Assembly (NCBI GenBank): GCA_047601445.1
Contig: JASGJH010000001.1
Span: 5,504,001-5,568,000, forward strand
Direction of reading: 5' to 3'
DNA: 64,000 bases
DNA from: Myxococcales bacterium
GTDB lineage: Bacteria > Myxococcota_A > Polyangia > Polyangiales > DASUME01
Part shown: positions 43,023-53,900 of the stretch, in pieces
Position numbering within the stretch: position 1 is the stretch's first letter
Layout of the letters: every line of letters begins with the position of its first letter
Position numbers and translations under genes: made by a program
The notes under the pieces: generated by a model
What the model was told of the DNA's origin: nothing
What the model saw: the letters and a program-made list of their open reading frames with translations, nothing else
The model's database searches: none

Positions 43023-43529
43023 TCAGCGCCTGCGTACGGGCGTGGCCGTCACGCTGCGATTGCGCGCGGAGCAGGCGTCGGTTTCGTCCGCGCACGCGAT
43101 GCCCGCGACCCCCACGCTGAACTGCGAGGCCGGCACCCCCAGCGAGCGCAACTCACGCGCGATGGCGTCCGCTCGGCTCTGCGCGAGCAGATTTCCCTCG
43201 TTGGGAGCAGCGCGTCCCTCGAGACGAACCTTGCGGGCGGAGTTGCCCTTGAGACAGGTGGCGAGCTTGCTTAGCGTGGCCCGATCACCCTCCGTGAGCC
43301 TGGTGGATCCCACGGCGAAGTTCATGGTGGCCGCATCACAGGGGCTCACCATCGGCCGCGCGTCACCGCGGCGCCCGAACAACCCCCACAGAGCCAGGAA
43401 GCCCAGCGCTAGCAAGATGAGCCAAGGCCAGATGCCTACGCCGCGCTTCTCGATATGGTGAACGTGGATCTCGTCAGCGCGGTGACCCAGCTCGCTCTGC
43501 ATCTCGTCCTGGTGGGTTGTCTTCGCCAT
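43023..43529 (-). CDS. Membrane-anchored OmpA-like domain protein
   Basis: TM helix; 'NFAVGS', 'RLEGRA', 'LAQSRADAI', 'NRSV'; AAGGAGG RBS. Confidence 0.7.
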   Translation of the reverse strand: MAKTTHQDEMQSELGHRADEIHVHHIEKRGVGIWPWLILLALGFLALWGLFGRRGDARPMVSPCDAATMNFAVGSTRLTEGDRATLSKLATCLKGNSARKVRLEGRAAPNEGNLLAQSRADAIARELRSLGVPASQFSVGVAGIACADETDACSARNRSVTATPVRRR

Positions 43530-43825
43530 ACCGTCCTCCTTGGAACCTTTGATTACGAACCGTTGCGATGGAACCGTGGGATGTGCCCAGGCATCTCGTG
43601 TTCAGTCATCGTTTCCGTTGCGCGGGCGATATGACCCCGTCTCCTGAGCGAGTCGGCATCGAACGATGTTTCGTGACAGTGATCCACGCGTGGCACGGGC
43701 GATTTGCGCAAAAACCTCGTGAGCAACGATCGAGTGCAGAGGCCGACCGCTGACTGCTCGCGTGTGAGCCGCTCGCTCGACTCGCGCGCGTTTTCATGAA
43801 ACCCGCGCGTGCGCACTGTCACAAC

Positions 43826-44374
43826 ATGTCGCGTACCTTTTTTCTGTCATCCACGCTGTCATTCGCGCTCGCGGCGAGCTTCGCTCTCGGCTCGGGCGCG
43901 CTGGCCGATCCAGCAACCTTCACACCTACGCCATGGGTCGGCTCCTACGCCGCCGCGGCGCCGGACCAAGCCAAGAGCACGATCGACAAGGCGATCGACG
44001 ACGGAACCAGCTCGATGGGGATGATGCGACGCAACGCGGCGCGCACGCGACTCAAGAACACCAACCGGCCCTACAAGCAGGTCACCATCACGCCGCTCGG
44101 CACCGAGCTCGTCACCAACTTCGACGGGCGCAAATACCAGGCCCCCACCAACGGAGCGGCGGAGAAAGGCAAAGATCCGGACGGCAAGACGGTTTCGCTC
44201 TCATACAAGGCAGAGGGCGAGACCTTGAAGAGCACCTACGTGGGAGAAGATGGCGAGAAGCACATCGACTTCGAGCGCACGCCGGATGGGGACGGGCTGA
44301 TCATGCATGTGACAGTGATGAGTAAGAAGTTGCCGGAGCCGATCAAGTACAGCGTGAGGTACAAGAAGAGGTAG
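43826..44374 (+). CDS. Hypothetical secreted protein; its 3' end is the insertion target of the RHS cassette
   Basis: Signal peptide 'ALA|DP'; strong codon bias; ends 'PEPIKYSVRYKKR'. Confidence 0.78.
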   Translation: MSRTFFLSSTLSFALAASFALGSGALADPATFTPTPWVGSYAAAAPDQAKSTIDKAIDDGTSSMGMMRRNAARTRLKNTNRPYKQVTITPLGTELVTNFDGRKYQAPTNGAAEKGKDPDGKTVSLSYKAEGETLKSTYVGEDGEKHIDFERTPDGDGLIMHVTVMSKKLPEPIKYSVRYKKR

Positions 44375-44376
44375 GC
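44296..44376 (+). repeat. Left direct repeat (attL-like), 3' end of the 43826..44374 gene
   Basis: Aligns to 55676..55756; 44327-44366 is identical over 40 bp. Confidence 0.92.
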
Positions 44377-44715
44377 CGAGGGCCCAGGTGTGCCGACGAC
44401 GATCACGCCGATGTATTCTCGGGGGGCCCACCGAAGACCCAAGACGCGATGTCTAGCCAGGCGCGATCGGGTCCTGGTAGGTCCGCGCAACTGGATACCG
44501 CCACGAAGCCGGCATCGCTGAGTGCTGCCAAACCGTCGGACTGCTTCTGAAACCGCGTGTCATCGCTCGCATCGGCTGCGATTGACCGTCTGAGGTTCCA
44601 AGCTGCGCCGCGTCCGACTATTAGTATCAAGCAGCCAAGATCTTGCGCGGTCTCGCGCCAAACCGGCTGACCCGTCCCGCTCATGATCTCTCGGGCCCCG
44701 AGATGCCATGATAGA

Positions 44716-44934
44716 TCACCGCTCTTCGATTTCTCTCTGCACGTCCTTCGGAAGCCAGTGCCAAACTACTTCGTAATAGAGCCGCCTTAGCTCCTCGTAG
44801 TTTTCCGCCGCAAACTTCTCGACGACGCGTGGGTCGCTGTACTTTTCCGGTTGGTGTAGCAAATCGTGCGCCCGCTCCAAGAAGTCGAAAACCTTCCGTA
44901 CCTCGCTCAAATCTATCGTCACGGTGTTCGGCAT
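44716..44934 (-). CDS. Putative cognate immunity protein (72 aa) of RHS toxin 1
   Basis: ATG 7 nt after the toxin stop; small, helical, charged. Confidence 0.7.
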   Translation of the reverse strand: MPNTVTIDLSEVRKVFDFLERAHDLLHQPEKYSDPRVVEKFAAENYEELRRLYYEVVWHWLPKDVQREIEER

Positions 44935-44941
44935 TAGTGTC

Positions 44942-47900
44942 CTACCGGTTGCTGTTGAACGTTGGGTTTCTATTGGAAAGGTCCACGTTGCCGTCGAAGA
45001 TAAGCTCGGTTGCTCCGGTTCTCGCATTCCCCACCACGCGGAACTCGCCTGGCTGCGCGTCGAACTCAACGTAGTTGTTTCCGCGACCTCTGCTGATGCC
45101 CAAGGCCTCCTCCACATCCCGTGGACTACCTGTCCTGCCCTGAGCCCTCACCGTGAACACGCTGTTTTGATCGCTCGCGCGAATCACGCGGTCAGCCTGG
45201 ATGCCGCGAATACCCTTTGCGTTCGTAAAGTGCCTGACCCGAACCAAGCCCCTTCCGAGCAGCGCGCCCGGAGGCACCATACCCCGCAACGCGATCTCTT
45301 GCAGAATCCCTTCGCCATTTTCAGCCAACTCGGGAAGGACCACACTCGCGAGCTTCAGAGAAGCAAACAAGAACTCCTCTCCCGGTCCACTCAGGCCCAG
45401 GTTCCACATGTGATCCGCTCGTGCCTTCGCGGTTTTTCCCATCTCTTCCAGTTGGGCCCTTAGGGGGTGGTCCTGCCAAGAGACGGTTAGTGGGTCGAAG
45501 TGCGTGCCGGTATTGGCCAAGCCGCTCAGCCCGTACGCGACGAATGAGAGGGCGGTTTTCTCGCCCTCAGACCGCTTGGAGGTCTCTTGGCCTCCCCCAC
45601 TGGAAGTAGTTGTTGTTTCCGGCTTCTGCGTGCCACCCGAGTCAGATTTGGGGGCCTCTCGGGGCGGCTGGCTTGTGCCGCCAGCGGAGGTGGAGGGCTT
45701 CTCAGCGCGTGCGCTATTGCCAGTGTTCCCGGTCGTACTTGTTGACGTTCGCCTGTCATCGCCGCCGGTCCCGGGACCCGGCCCTGCACTCGTCCCCGTG
45801 CCGAGCTGGAATCGACAACCTCCGACTGTGCCCAGCTCTATCGCGTCGTACCCGCTTGGATCGACATACCTGACGGGGTTGTTGTGCACGTATAAATAGC
45901 GATTGACACCCTGGCTCGAAGCGCGCGCCAACGGGTCGGGAGAGACGAACCGTCGCAAACGGGGATCGTATAAGCGCCCCTTCATGTTAGTGATACCGAA
46001 CTCGGCCTCTTCCTCGTGCCCTGTGAATCCGCGCGTGATGCCAGTCTCCGCCCCTGTCCACGGCGCGCCCTCTTCATCAGCGCGAGAGCCGAAAGGCTCG
46101 TAGTAACGGTGCTCGAGCAACGCACCCTTGGTGTCGGTAACGATCGCAGTGGAACCGAGGTGGTCGCCGTGGATGTACACGACCTGCTCACTCGGCATCG
46201 GGAGCTCTCGACGAGTTACCTGGGCAACTAGCTCTCCTTCCGCGTGGACATAGAAGACGTGGTCCGTTGCTTCGACCGACGCCGCTGGTGGCTTGGCCCA
46301 TCTCTTCTCATAGAGGCCGCCCATGTAGAGCGTCGACTCGGTCGCGCTCTGTTTGCTCGCGCGCCGACCTGCCGCATCGTACGCAAATTGCGTAGTGCTA
46401 CCCAATCGCGCGATGGACTTGGGGAGATCAAAGTTGGTGTACTGGATCGTCCTTCCTCCGCCCGACACTTGGCGTCCGCGGAGATCGTACCCGTACGTAT
46501 CTGGGCCGGCGCTGACGACCGCATGCGGACCGGCACCGCCAGATCCATGGCCAAACGTCGTGCTGCCCCAAGCGCCCGCCGTCCCCTGCACCGCGGTGAG
46601 GTTTCCAAGAAAATCATAGACAAAGGTATTGCGCGTACGCTCGGACCCGGCGGCGCTCACGGACCAGCTGGTGAGCTGACCCAAGGAGTCGTAACCGAAG
46701 CTCTCACTCCGGATGTTGACGTCGTCTTGCTTGGCTTTCAGGTTGCTGTTCTTGAAGTAGTCGAAGTTCAATCGCTCCAATTCGCCACCGCTGGTGGCCG
46801 GTGTTGACGTGACCTGAGAGCGAAGCCTGCCAACGCCGTCAAAACTCCTAACTGTCTGGAGGCCGTCGCCGCTCAGTCGATTCGTGACCCGGTGTCGCTG
46901 GTCACGCGCAACGGCATTCCAGTACACCTTGGAGGTGCTCCGGACATCATAGATCGTGTCGAGGAAGTCGTTCTGGTACCCATAGCGAACACCAAAGCGC
47001 GCCGTCCCAGCGATCTCCGGATAGTCGACTCCGGCCAACCGGCCAAATCCATCGTATGACATCGAGATGCGAGCCGTGCTGCCTGCCAACGTCATCCGCT
47101 CTTCGGAGGCGCGGCCGAGCGAATCGTAGTCGTACTCCGTGTAGGTTCCGTCGGGGCTAGTCATCGAAGCCAGGCTCCCAAGCCCGTGCGGCCGCGTGTC
47201 CCACACGAAGGAAGTGTTTCCATCCCCACTCTGCTTGAGGATCACTCTTCCCAGACTGTCTAGTTTACTACTGTCGATCCTGCCGCCCGGGTCCTTGCTG
47301 CTCGTGAGCTCGTCAAAGCCGTTGAGCGTGTATATCCAAGCACCAGCATCTGGATCATTGAGCGACGTCCTGCGCCCTAGCGAGTCATACCCAATAACCG
47401 TCTCAAAGCCACCGGGGTCGACGATGGAGCGCATCAAATTGTGCGCTCCGTAGGTGAAGTGTGTGGCTAGCTCTCGGGGCCCGCCCTCAGCTTCGAGCCA
47501 AACGCTGACCTTGTTGCTGGTTAGCCCATTCGGCGTCCGCTCGATACGTCGGGTATTGCCCTCCGGATCCGCGACGGTCGTGTTGAGACGCTCATGATGG
47601 ATCTGAGTTGTATTGCCTTCCGGGTCGGTGCGTCGAATGAGTCGGTCGACGTCATCGTACTCGAGAAGGCTGGAACCATTGTCTTCGGACGCTCCAGTCG
47701 TCACGGGCTCAGTCACAACAGCCAGCCGCCCCAGTGAGTCGTAGAGATAGTTCGTGTAGACCGTATCTCCGCCGAAGGTCCGCTGCACAAGCATGCGAAG
47801 GCGACCGTTTTCGTCGATGTGCTCAGCTTCTAGTCCGCCTGCGGCCGACGTCTTTGTAATGGTGAACGGAGACTCGGGCGTGCTCCCGTAGGCCACGGCG

Positions 47901-50900
47901 ACGTTACCGCCGTCCGCAGGCAGAACGCTGCGGACTCGCGCGAACCCATCGTACTGAGTTTTGTCTGTGGAGCCATTCGCGTCATAGCTCTGGACAAGCA
48001 CTCCGAGCGCGGATTGATACCAAAGCCAAGACTCATGTCCCACCGCGTTGGTAAAGTGCTGGGGAAAGGTCCCCTGCGGGTCGTAGTCCACGCGCGTCGA
48101 GCGCGTTTCGTCGCCCGAACCGTTGTAAGCTGTTTCCATTGACGCGCGCACGAGGCCGAACGCGTCGCGCACCAGTTCAGTGACGTGTTGTGAGACTGCG
48201 CTCCCTACTCTCGTCGTCGACAGCAGGAACCCAAGGCTGTCGTAGGCGTGCTTGAGAGTACGCGGCTCAACTCCACCGATCACCTTCCTCGTCGAGGAGT
48301 CTATATAGGAGCTCGTTTCCTGGTTGGCGGGCACCGAAACGACGGTCGCTTCCGTGGGCAATGAAACCAACCATCGAAGCAACCACGCGCCTTGCGCCTG
48401 ATGCGCGTACTTTATCGTGGTGAGCCGGCTCGTTCCGCCATGCACCCATTCACTAGCCTGTGTGACGTTCCCGAACCCGTCGTAGTCCCAATCGAGATCG
48501 ACGGTCCGATATGCATCGCGCGGCGGACACGGCTGGTTGATGCACGAGAGCCCGATAACCTCGTCGAAGTCTTGTATCGTCTGGTGATCGAGGCGCGTGG
48601 TAAAGGAGCCGTTTCCTACGTCCTGGAAGACGTACTCCGAGTTCGCGATGGATCCGACGCGGTTGTATTCGACCGTCGGAGGATTTTGAAGGAGCTTAGT
48701 GAACGATTCGGTGCGGCGCGAGAGACCGAGAAATGGATAGACCTTGGCGCCGCTGGTGAGGACCTTGCGCGTGGTATCGAATGAAGTCGTCGTGACCCTG
48801 TCGCGCCGCCCGTCTCGGGCCTCCACACGGGAGAAGCCGAGAAAGCCGTGGCCTTCCATGTCGCTTCGCGCATCGTAGTAGAAGTACGACGTGGGCCAGG
48901 TCCCATACTTGTCAGTTCGAGACCAAACCGATGCCACCTCGAGCCCGACTCGCGGGCAGCTCACGGGATAGCCACAACCCGTGGTCGCGTAGCTATGGAC
49001 CTTGGGATCGGAAATGAACGAATACTCGATGTCCTCAGTACCTCCAATGCCGTCCGTTACTCTGATGATGCGTCGTTGGTCCGAACCCTGGCGCCTTAGA
49101 ATCGTGAACTCGCCCAACAGATTGACCTGAGTGATGTCCAACGAGCCATCGCCGTCGATGTCGACCAGCTGATGATTCCGCCAATGATTCAGGGTCGGGA
49201 GCGAGCCACTGGCCCCAGCGCCGGTGAACCCGCCGGCTCCGTCAAACATGTCGAGTGGCGTCCAGCTCAGATTGACGCCATCGGACATCAACATAGCAGC
49301 GCCATTGCTAGTTGAGGTTGGATTGGCTTCGCCTTCGAAGTACAGGATGTCCTCGTAGCCGTCGCCGTTCAGATCTCCGATGCGCCTGGAGCCGTTCGCT
49401 GGATTCCAGCTGATACCGGTGAGCGCGACGTATGGCGTCGCGAAGCCTCGACCCGTGTTGATGGCGACGTACCAGCTTTCACCTTGGGGCAAAGAGACTG
49501 CGTCGCGAAGACCGTCTCCATTGACGTCCATCATCTCCCAGCCAGCAGACGCCTGCGTGTCCAAGTTCAGCGGGGTCACGGCTTCGACTGCCCCATCCTT
49601 GGTCAACGACACGCCCGCATAGGCACCCGAGATCTCGGCCTGGAACTCTAAGCGGCCATCACCGTCGGAGTCGACCACCGTGCCCTGCTTCGCGTAAACC
49701 CCGGTCAACACCGTGGGTGAGCTGGCAAGCGCGCCTTGCAGATTCCGCCGCGCTGCAAAACGCCTAAGACCTTGTCCGTTCTCTACGAGAGGGTACGGAT
49801 AGATAAAGTCTGGAAGCCCATCCCCGGAGAGGTCCGCAAAGTATGCGGGACGCCCGGGATCAGACTCAACGCCTGCGGGCACGTTGACTGTCGTACTGGG
49901 CACTGCAACGAGGTTCTGCCCAGCGCCATTCCAGTCGTAGAGCTGATAGGAAAGCCGGTCCTGCCTCACCATGATCTCGGTGGCACCGTCGCCGTCGAAA
50001 TCGGCCGGTACACTCGACTCCAAGATGTCGATGGGAAACGATCCGCCCACTGCGGCCGGTTGACCCCAGCAGAATCGGCTCCCGGTGCTTGCACACGCGT
50101 CGTCGGAGGCTCCAGCGCGGAGCAGCGAAATTCCGTAGCCGGCTCTGTAGTAGAGGATATCGGCGCGTGCGTTGCCATCCACATCGAGCACAAAGAGGGA
50201 GCTGTTCCTCATGTCCTGAGTGATGGGCGGCGCAATGGTCTCGTAGGGCGTCGCGCCAAGTTCCGGGGTCCAGTCGAAGTGCGTGGGCTTGTAGCAAACA
50301 CCATCAGCGTCGCAGCGAGTGACGTCTGAGACCAAGCTTGGTTTTCGTCCCGTTCGCTGCATGTATGTGATCTGATAGAACCAGCGCTTGGACCCGTAGT
50401 CCCAGGTCGGCGTTGTAACCGACGCGCCAACAGGCGCCGTATCAGCCACATAGACGACGATATTCTTCAGTCGCTTTGACGAGCGGAGACGTACCCCGGA
50501 GAGGTACGAATCCATAATGTCGTTCCGCGCCTCGTACTCGAAAGCAATTCTTCTCGACGGGCTACTAACCTCGGCGGTCGCCCCTTCGACGCTCCGGGCC
50601 AGAAACGTATATCTGATCTCCTTGATCAGAGCTTCGACCGAACCGTCACTTTGAAATGAGCTGTAGAGGAACTCCATCGCGTTGCCTGCGCGGTCTTCCT
50701 CGCGGCTGAGCTTCCACGCCAAGGTCACATCGCGTTCGTCGGATACCGGCGGCACGGAGCTTGGCGACGGGATGAGGAAGCCCCCGAGTTGCCTCGTGCG
50801 TCCTTTGATTGCTGCGCTTCCACCATACCGACGGATGCGACCACTGGGTAGATAGACCGCAAATCCTTCAGGCTCCGTGGCTCCGGGCGACTTGAGCAAG

Positions 50901-53900
50901 ACGACCTTGGTCGCGCCGTCTCCCATTGTTTGGTAGGTAGTGCCGTTTTCGCCGTGGACGCCCGCGGTGGGCACGAGCCTCGCCCCATCGAGGCAGAAGC
51001 TATCGACGCCGTCGAAGCGAACGGCCCGCGTCTGCCCGTCGAGGGCAAGATTCTTGGGGCAGCGCGTGATCTCCGAAAGCCCGGCGAGTGCGAAGCCTAC
51101 CCCGAGCGGGCCGTTTCGTCCTCGGCTCGAATACGTTAGTGCAAGCTCGGGCGCCATGCCCGCACGGCCGGCAGGCACGTCGATGGGGATCTGGTAGCCA
51201 TATCCGCCATCGTGCCCAACGTTGCCACTCCCGGGGAGTGCTCCTGGTGTCGCAAGAGGACCACCACCGCCGCCCCCGACTGCTGTCGGTACCAAGGGAT
51301 TCGAAGGCGCCTGGATCGGAGGCGCTTCGCTGCCCGTGGGATTGTGCCATTCGCTATCAGTCAGCCGCACCGCGCCGGCAGGCACTGGGCTGCCCGGAAA
51401 TGAGCAGAGGTGAGAGACGCATTCGAGGCCAGACTGGCAGTCGTAGTTCTGTGCGCAGCTTGAGCCTGCGGCGCTTCGGCACGCATTCTTGGCACCGCAG
51501 TCGCTGAAATCTGTGCAGTCCGTGAGGCCGTCGCCGTCGTTATCAACCCCGTCGCTGCACGACACCTCACTGGTGGCGAACGTGCAGCTGGGACCGCAAG
51601 GCCCGCTCGCTCCGGGATCGCACTGCTCCCCTGACTGCAACGTGCCGTTTCCGCAATTGCAGGATGGATCCGCCACGCACGTGGTGGTTGGCGCCGCTAC
51701 CTGACGAGGCTCGCCCAATCCGGCAAACACTTCCCCTTGGCCACCAAATTGTCCGCCGACGCGCATACGTGCGCGCGCCTGATTGCGGGTCCCAGTAGCC
51801 GTCCACGTGCCATTTCCGGTCGCCGCTCCAGAAAGCGTCACTTTGCCCGCTACGGTCTCGAAAGTGAACCGTAGAACGGCACCCCTCTCCCACTTGATCT
51901 CAGGCGAATCAAAGCTCACCCATCCAAAGTTCCGAATCTTCAAGGTCACCACACCAGCCGTGCTGCGTACGAGCGCGATGCCCGGCTTGCTGGTGCCTTC
52001 GAAGCCAAACAACGTGTACTCCCAATCGGTGCGCATTTCTCTCGATGCGTAGATGGGCTGAACGTCTACTTGCCACGTGCCACTGGTCATCCAGGTCGGC
52101 ACATTCGCCGCTTCGAAGATCAGCGTGTCTGCGGCTCGCTGCACCGTGGTGTAGTTGGATGGGATGTACGAGGTCGCGAAGGGCTGCTGCTGCTCGTACT
52201 GCGCACCCCAGACGTAAAAGTCGGGCGATTGCATTGCTGACATGGACGCTGTTGGCCAGCCGGCCACGTGAGAGAAGCTGAAGGTGGAGGCGCTCCCTGT
52301 CGCCGTGTTGACGGGCAGTTCGTACCGCTTGAATGGCGAGCTCAATTGCCAGCTCGCGGTTGCCATGATTTCGTTGGCTTGCGATAGGAGGAATGGACGG
52401 ACCTGGGTGAGCGTGGTTGAAGTCGAGGATCGCTTCTGCAAATACACGCTGTAGGTGGAGCGACCAGCGTTGACAGACACGGTTCCTGCCGGAGAACGCG
52501 CAGGACCGCTCGGCGAGGCAAGAAGCTCGGCGGTCATTCGATGCAGGGGTGTATACGCGAACGCATCGACGCTCATGCTCATCGGATTCGCGGCCGACGC
52601 CACCCACGATGGCTTGTCCCAAGCCTCGCTATCCAGGACGAGATTGGTGCTGGTTCCTTCGAAGAGCGCCAGTCGACTCCCCGTGGTGTTCATCCAGCGC
52701 AGCTCATTGGGTCGTGACGCAGCAAGGACTTCGTCGCCGTACCACAAGTGAGCGTACGTCGCGGCCGACGCTCGGGTGAAAACGCCGCTGGCGTACCGCA
52801 ACGTGGCCAGAGAAGGCGGAGTTGCGGCCTGACCGACGATGCACGAGTGGCCGCAAGTGTCGCCCGCACAGTCTCGACAAGGGCCGCCACAATCGATTCC
52901 CTGCTCGTCTTCGTCCTTCAGGCCGTTCTCGCACTGAGGTTTGCGGCACGTGGAGTTGATGAAGACCAGGCCCTTGGCGCAGTAGTAGTCGTCGACTCCC
53001 CATCCTCCGACCTGACCACGACACGCCGGCTCGTCCGCGCAATCTTCCAGATCCTCGCAGTCCTTCATGCCGTCATGGTCATCGTCGCCGTTGTTGGTGC
53101 AGTTGTTTTCAACGCCGTTGTCGACGAGACCGTCACAGTCTTCGTCGACGCCATTCCTCGAGATCTCGGGCATGGCGTAGCTCGCGTTCGGGACGCAGGC
53201 AGGGAACCACTCTGCTGTCGGTTTACAAACCTGCGTGATACTTTTCAGACAAATGCCAAAGCCGCAGCTGAAGGTGCGAAGGATGCCTTCGTTGGTGGAT
53301 CCATCGCAGTCATTGTCGACGTTGTCACAAATCTCCGTCTGCGGTGCGCCGGGGGTGCATGCTCCCGTGACCACGCCGTTCACGCAGCTGGTCGAGCCAG
53401 TTGCCGTTCGCGCGCACGCGCCGACTCCGCAGCTAGACGCCGGACTGGAGACGTAGCCTTCGTCGATCCGACCGTCGCAGTCGCCGTCGATGGCGTCGCA
53501 GATGCCGTCGCCGACGTTGGGAGGAGCTCCCGGAGTGCAATTTGTGACGGTGCCGTTCGCACACGACGACATCATCGTCCTTGCACATGCACCCGTTCCG
53601 CAGGAGTAGGACTGGCCGACGTATCCTTCGTCGGTCCGGCTATCACAATCGCCGTCTAGCCCGTTGCAGATGTTGTCACCGGCGTTGTTCGGGGATCCCG
53701 CGGAGCAGCCAACGACAGCGCCATTGACGCACTGGTAGGTCGTCGACCGGAAGCAAACGCCAGAGCCGCATGACACCGCGGCGCCTACGTAGTTGTCGTC
53801 GCTAGTGCCATCGCAGTCGTCATCGATGCCGTCGCAGTCGTTGTCCGGCGGGTTGGTGCCGGAAGCACATTTGGCGACGCGACTATCCAAACTAAACAGG

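Noticed and set aside
43691..43707. Sigma54 promoter tggcacgggcgatttgc
   Set aside because: The GG-to-GC spacing is 2 nt too long.
44403..44684. 93-aa ORF as a second immunity gene
   Set aside because: No RBS or recognisable motif, and a hairpin lies just upstream; it cannot be supported.
52860..53870. Recurring gtcgcagtcg-type motifs as a CRISPR array or DNA repeat
   Set aside because: These are protein-level Cys-rich repeats with codon wobble; there is no fixed repeat-spacer period and no cas genes.
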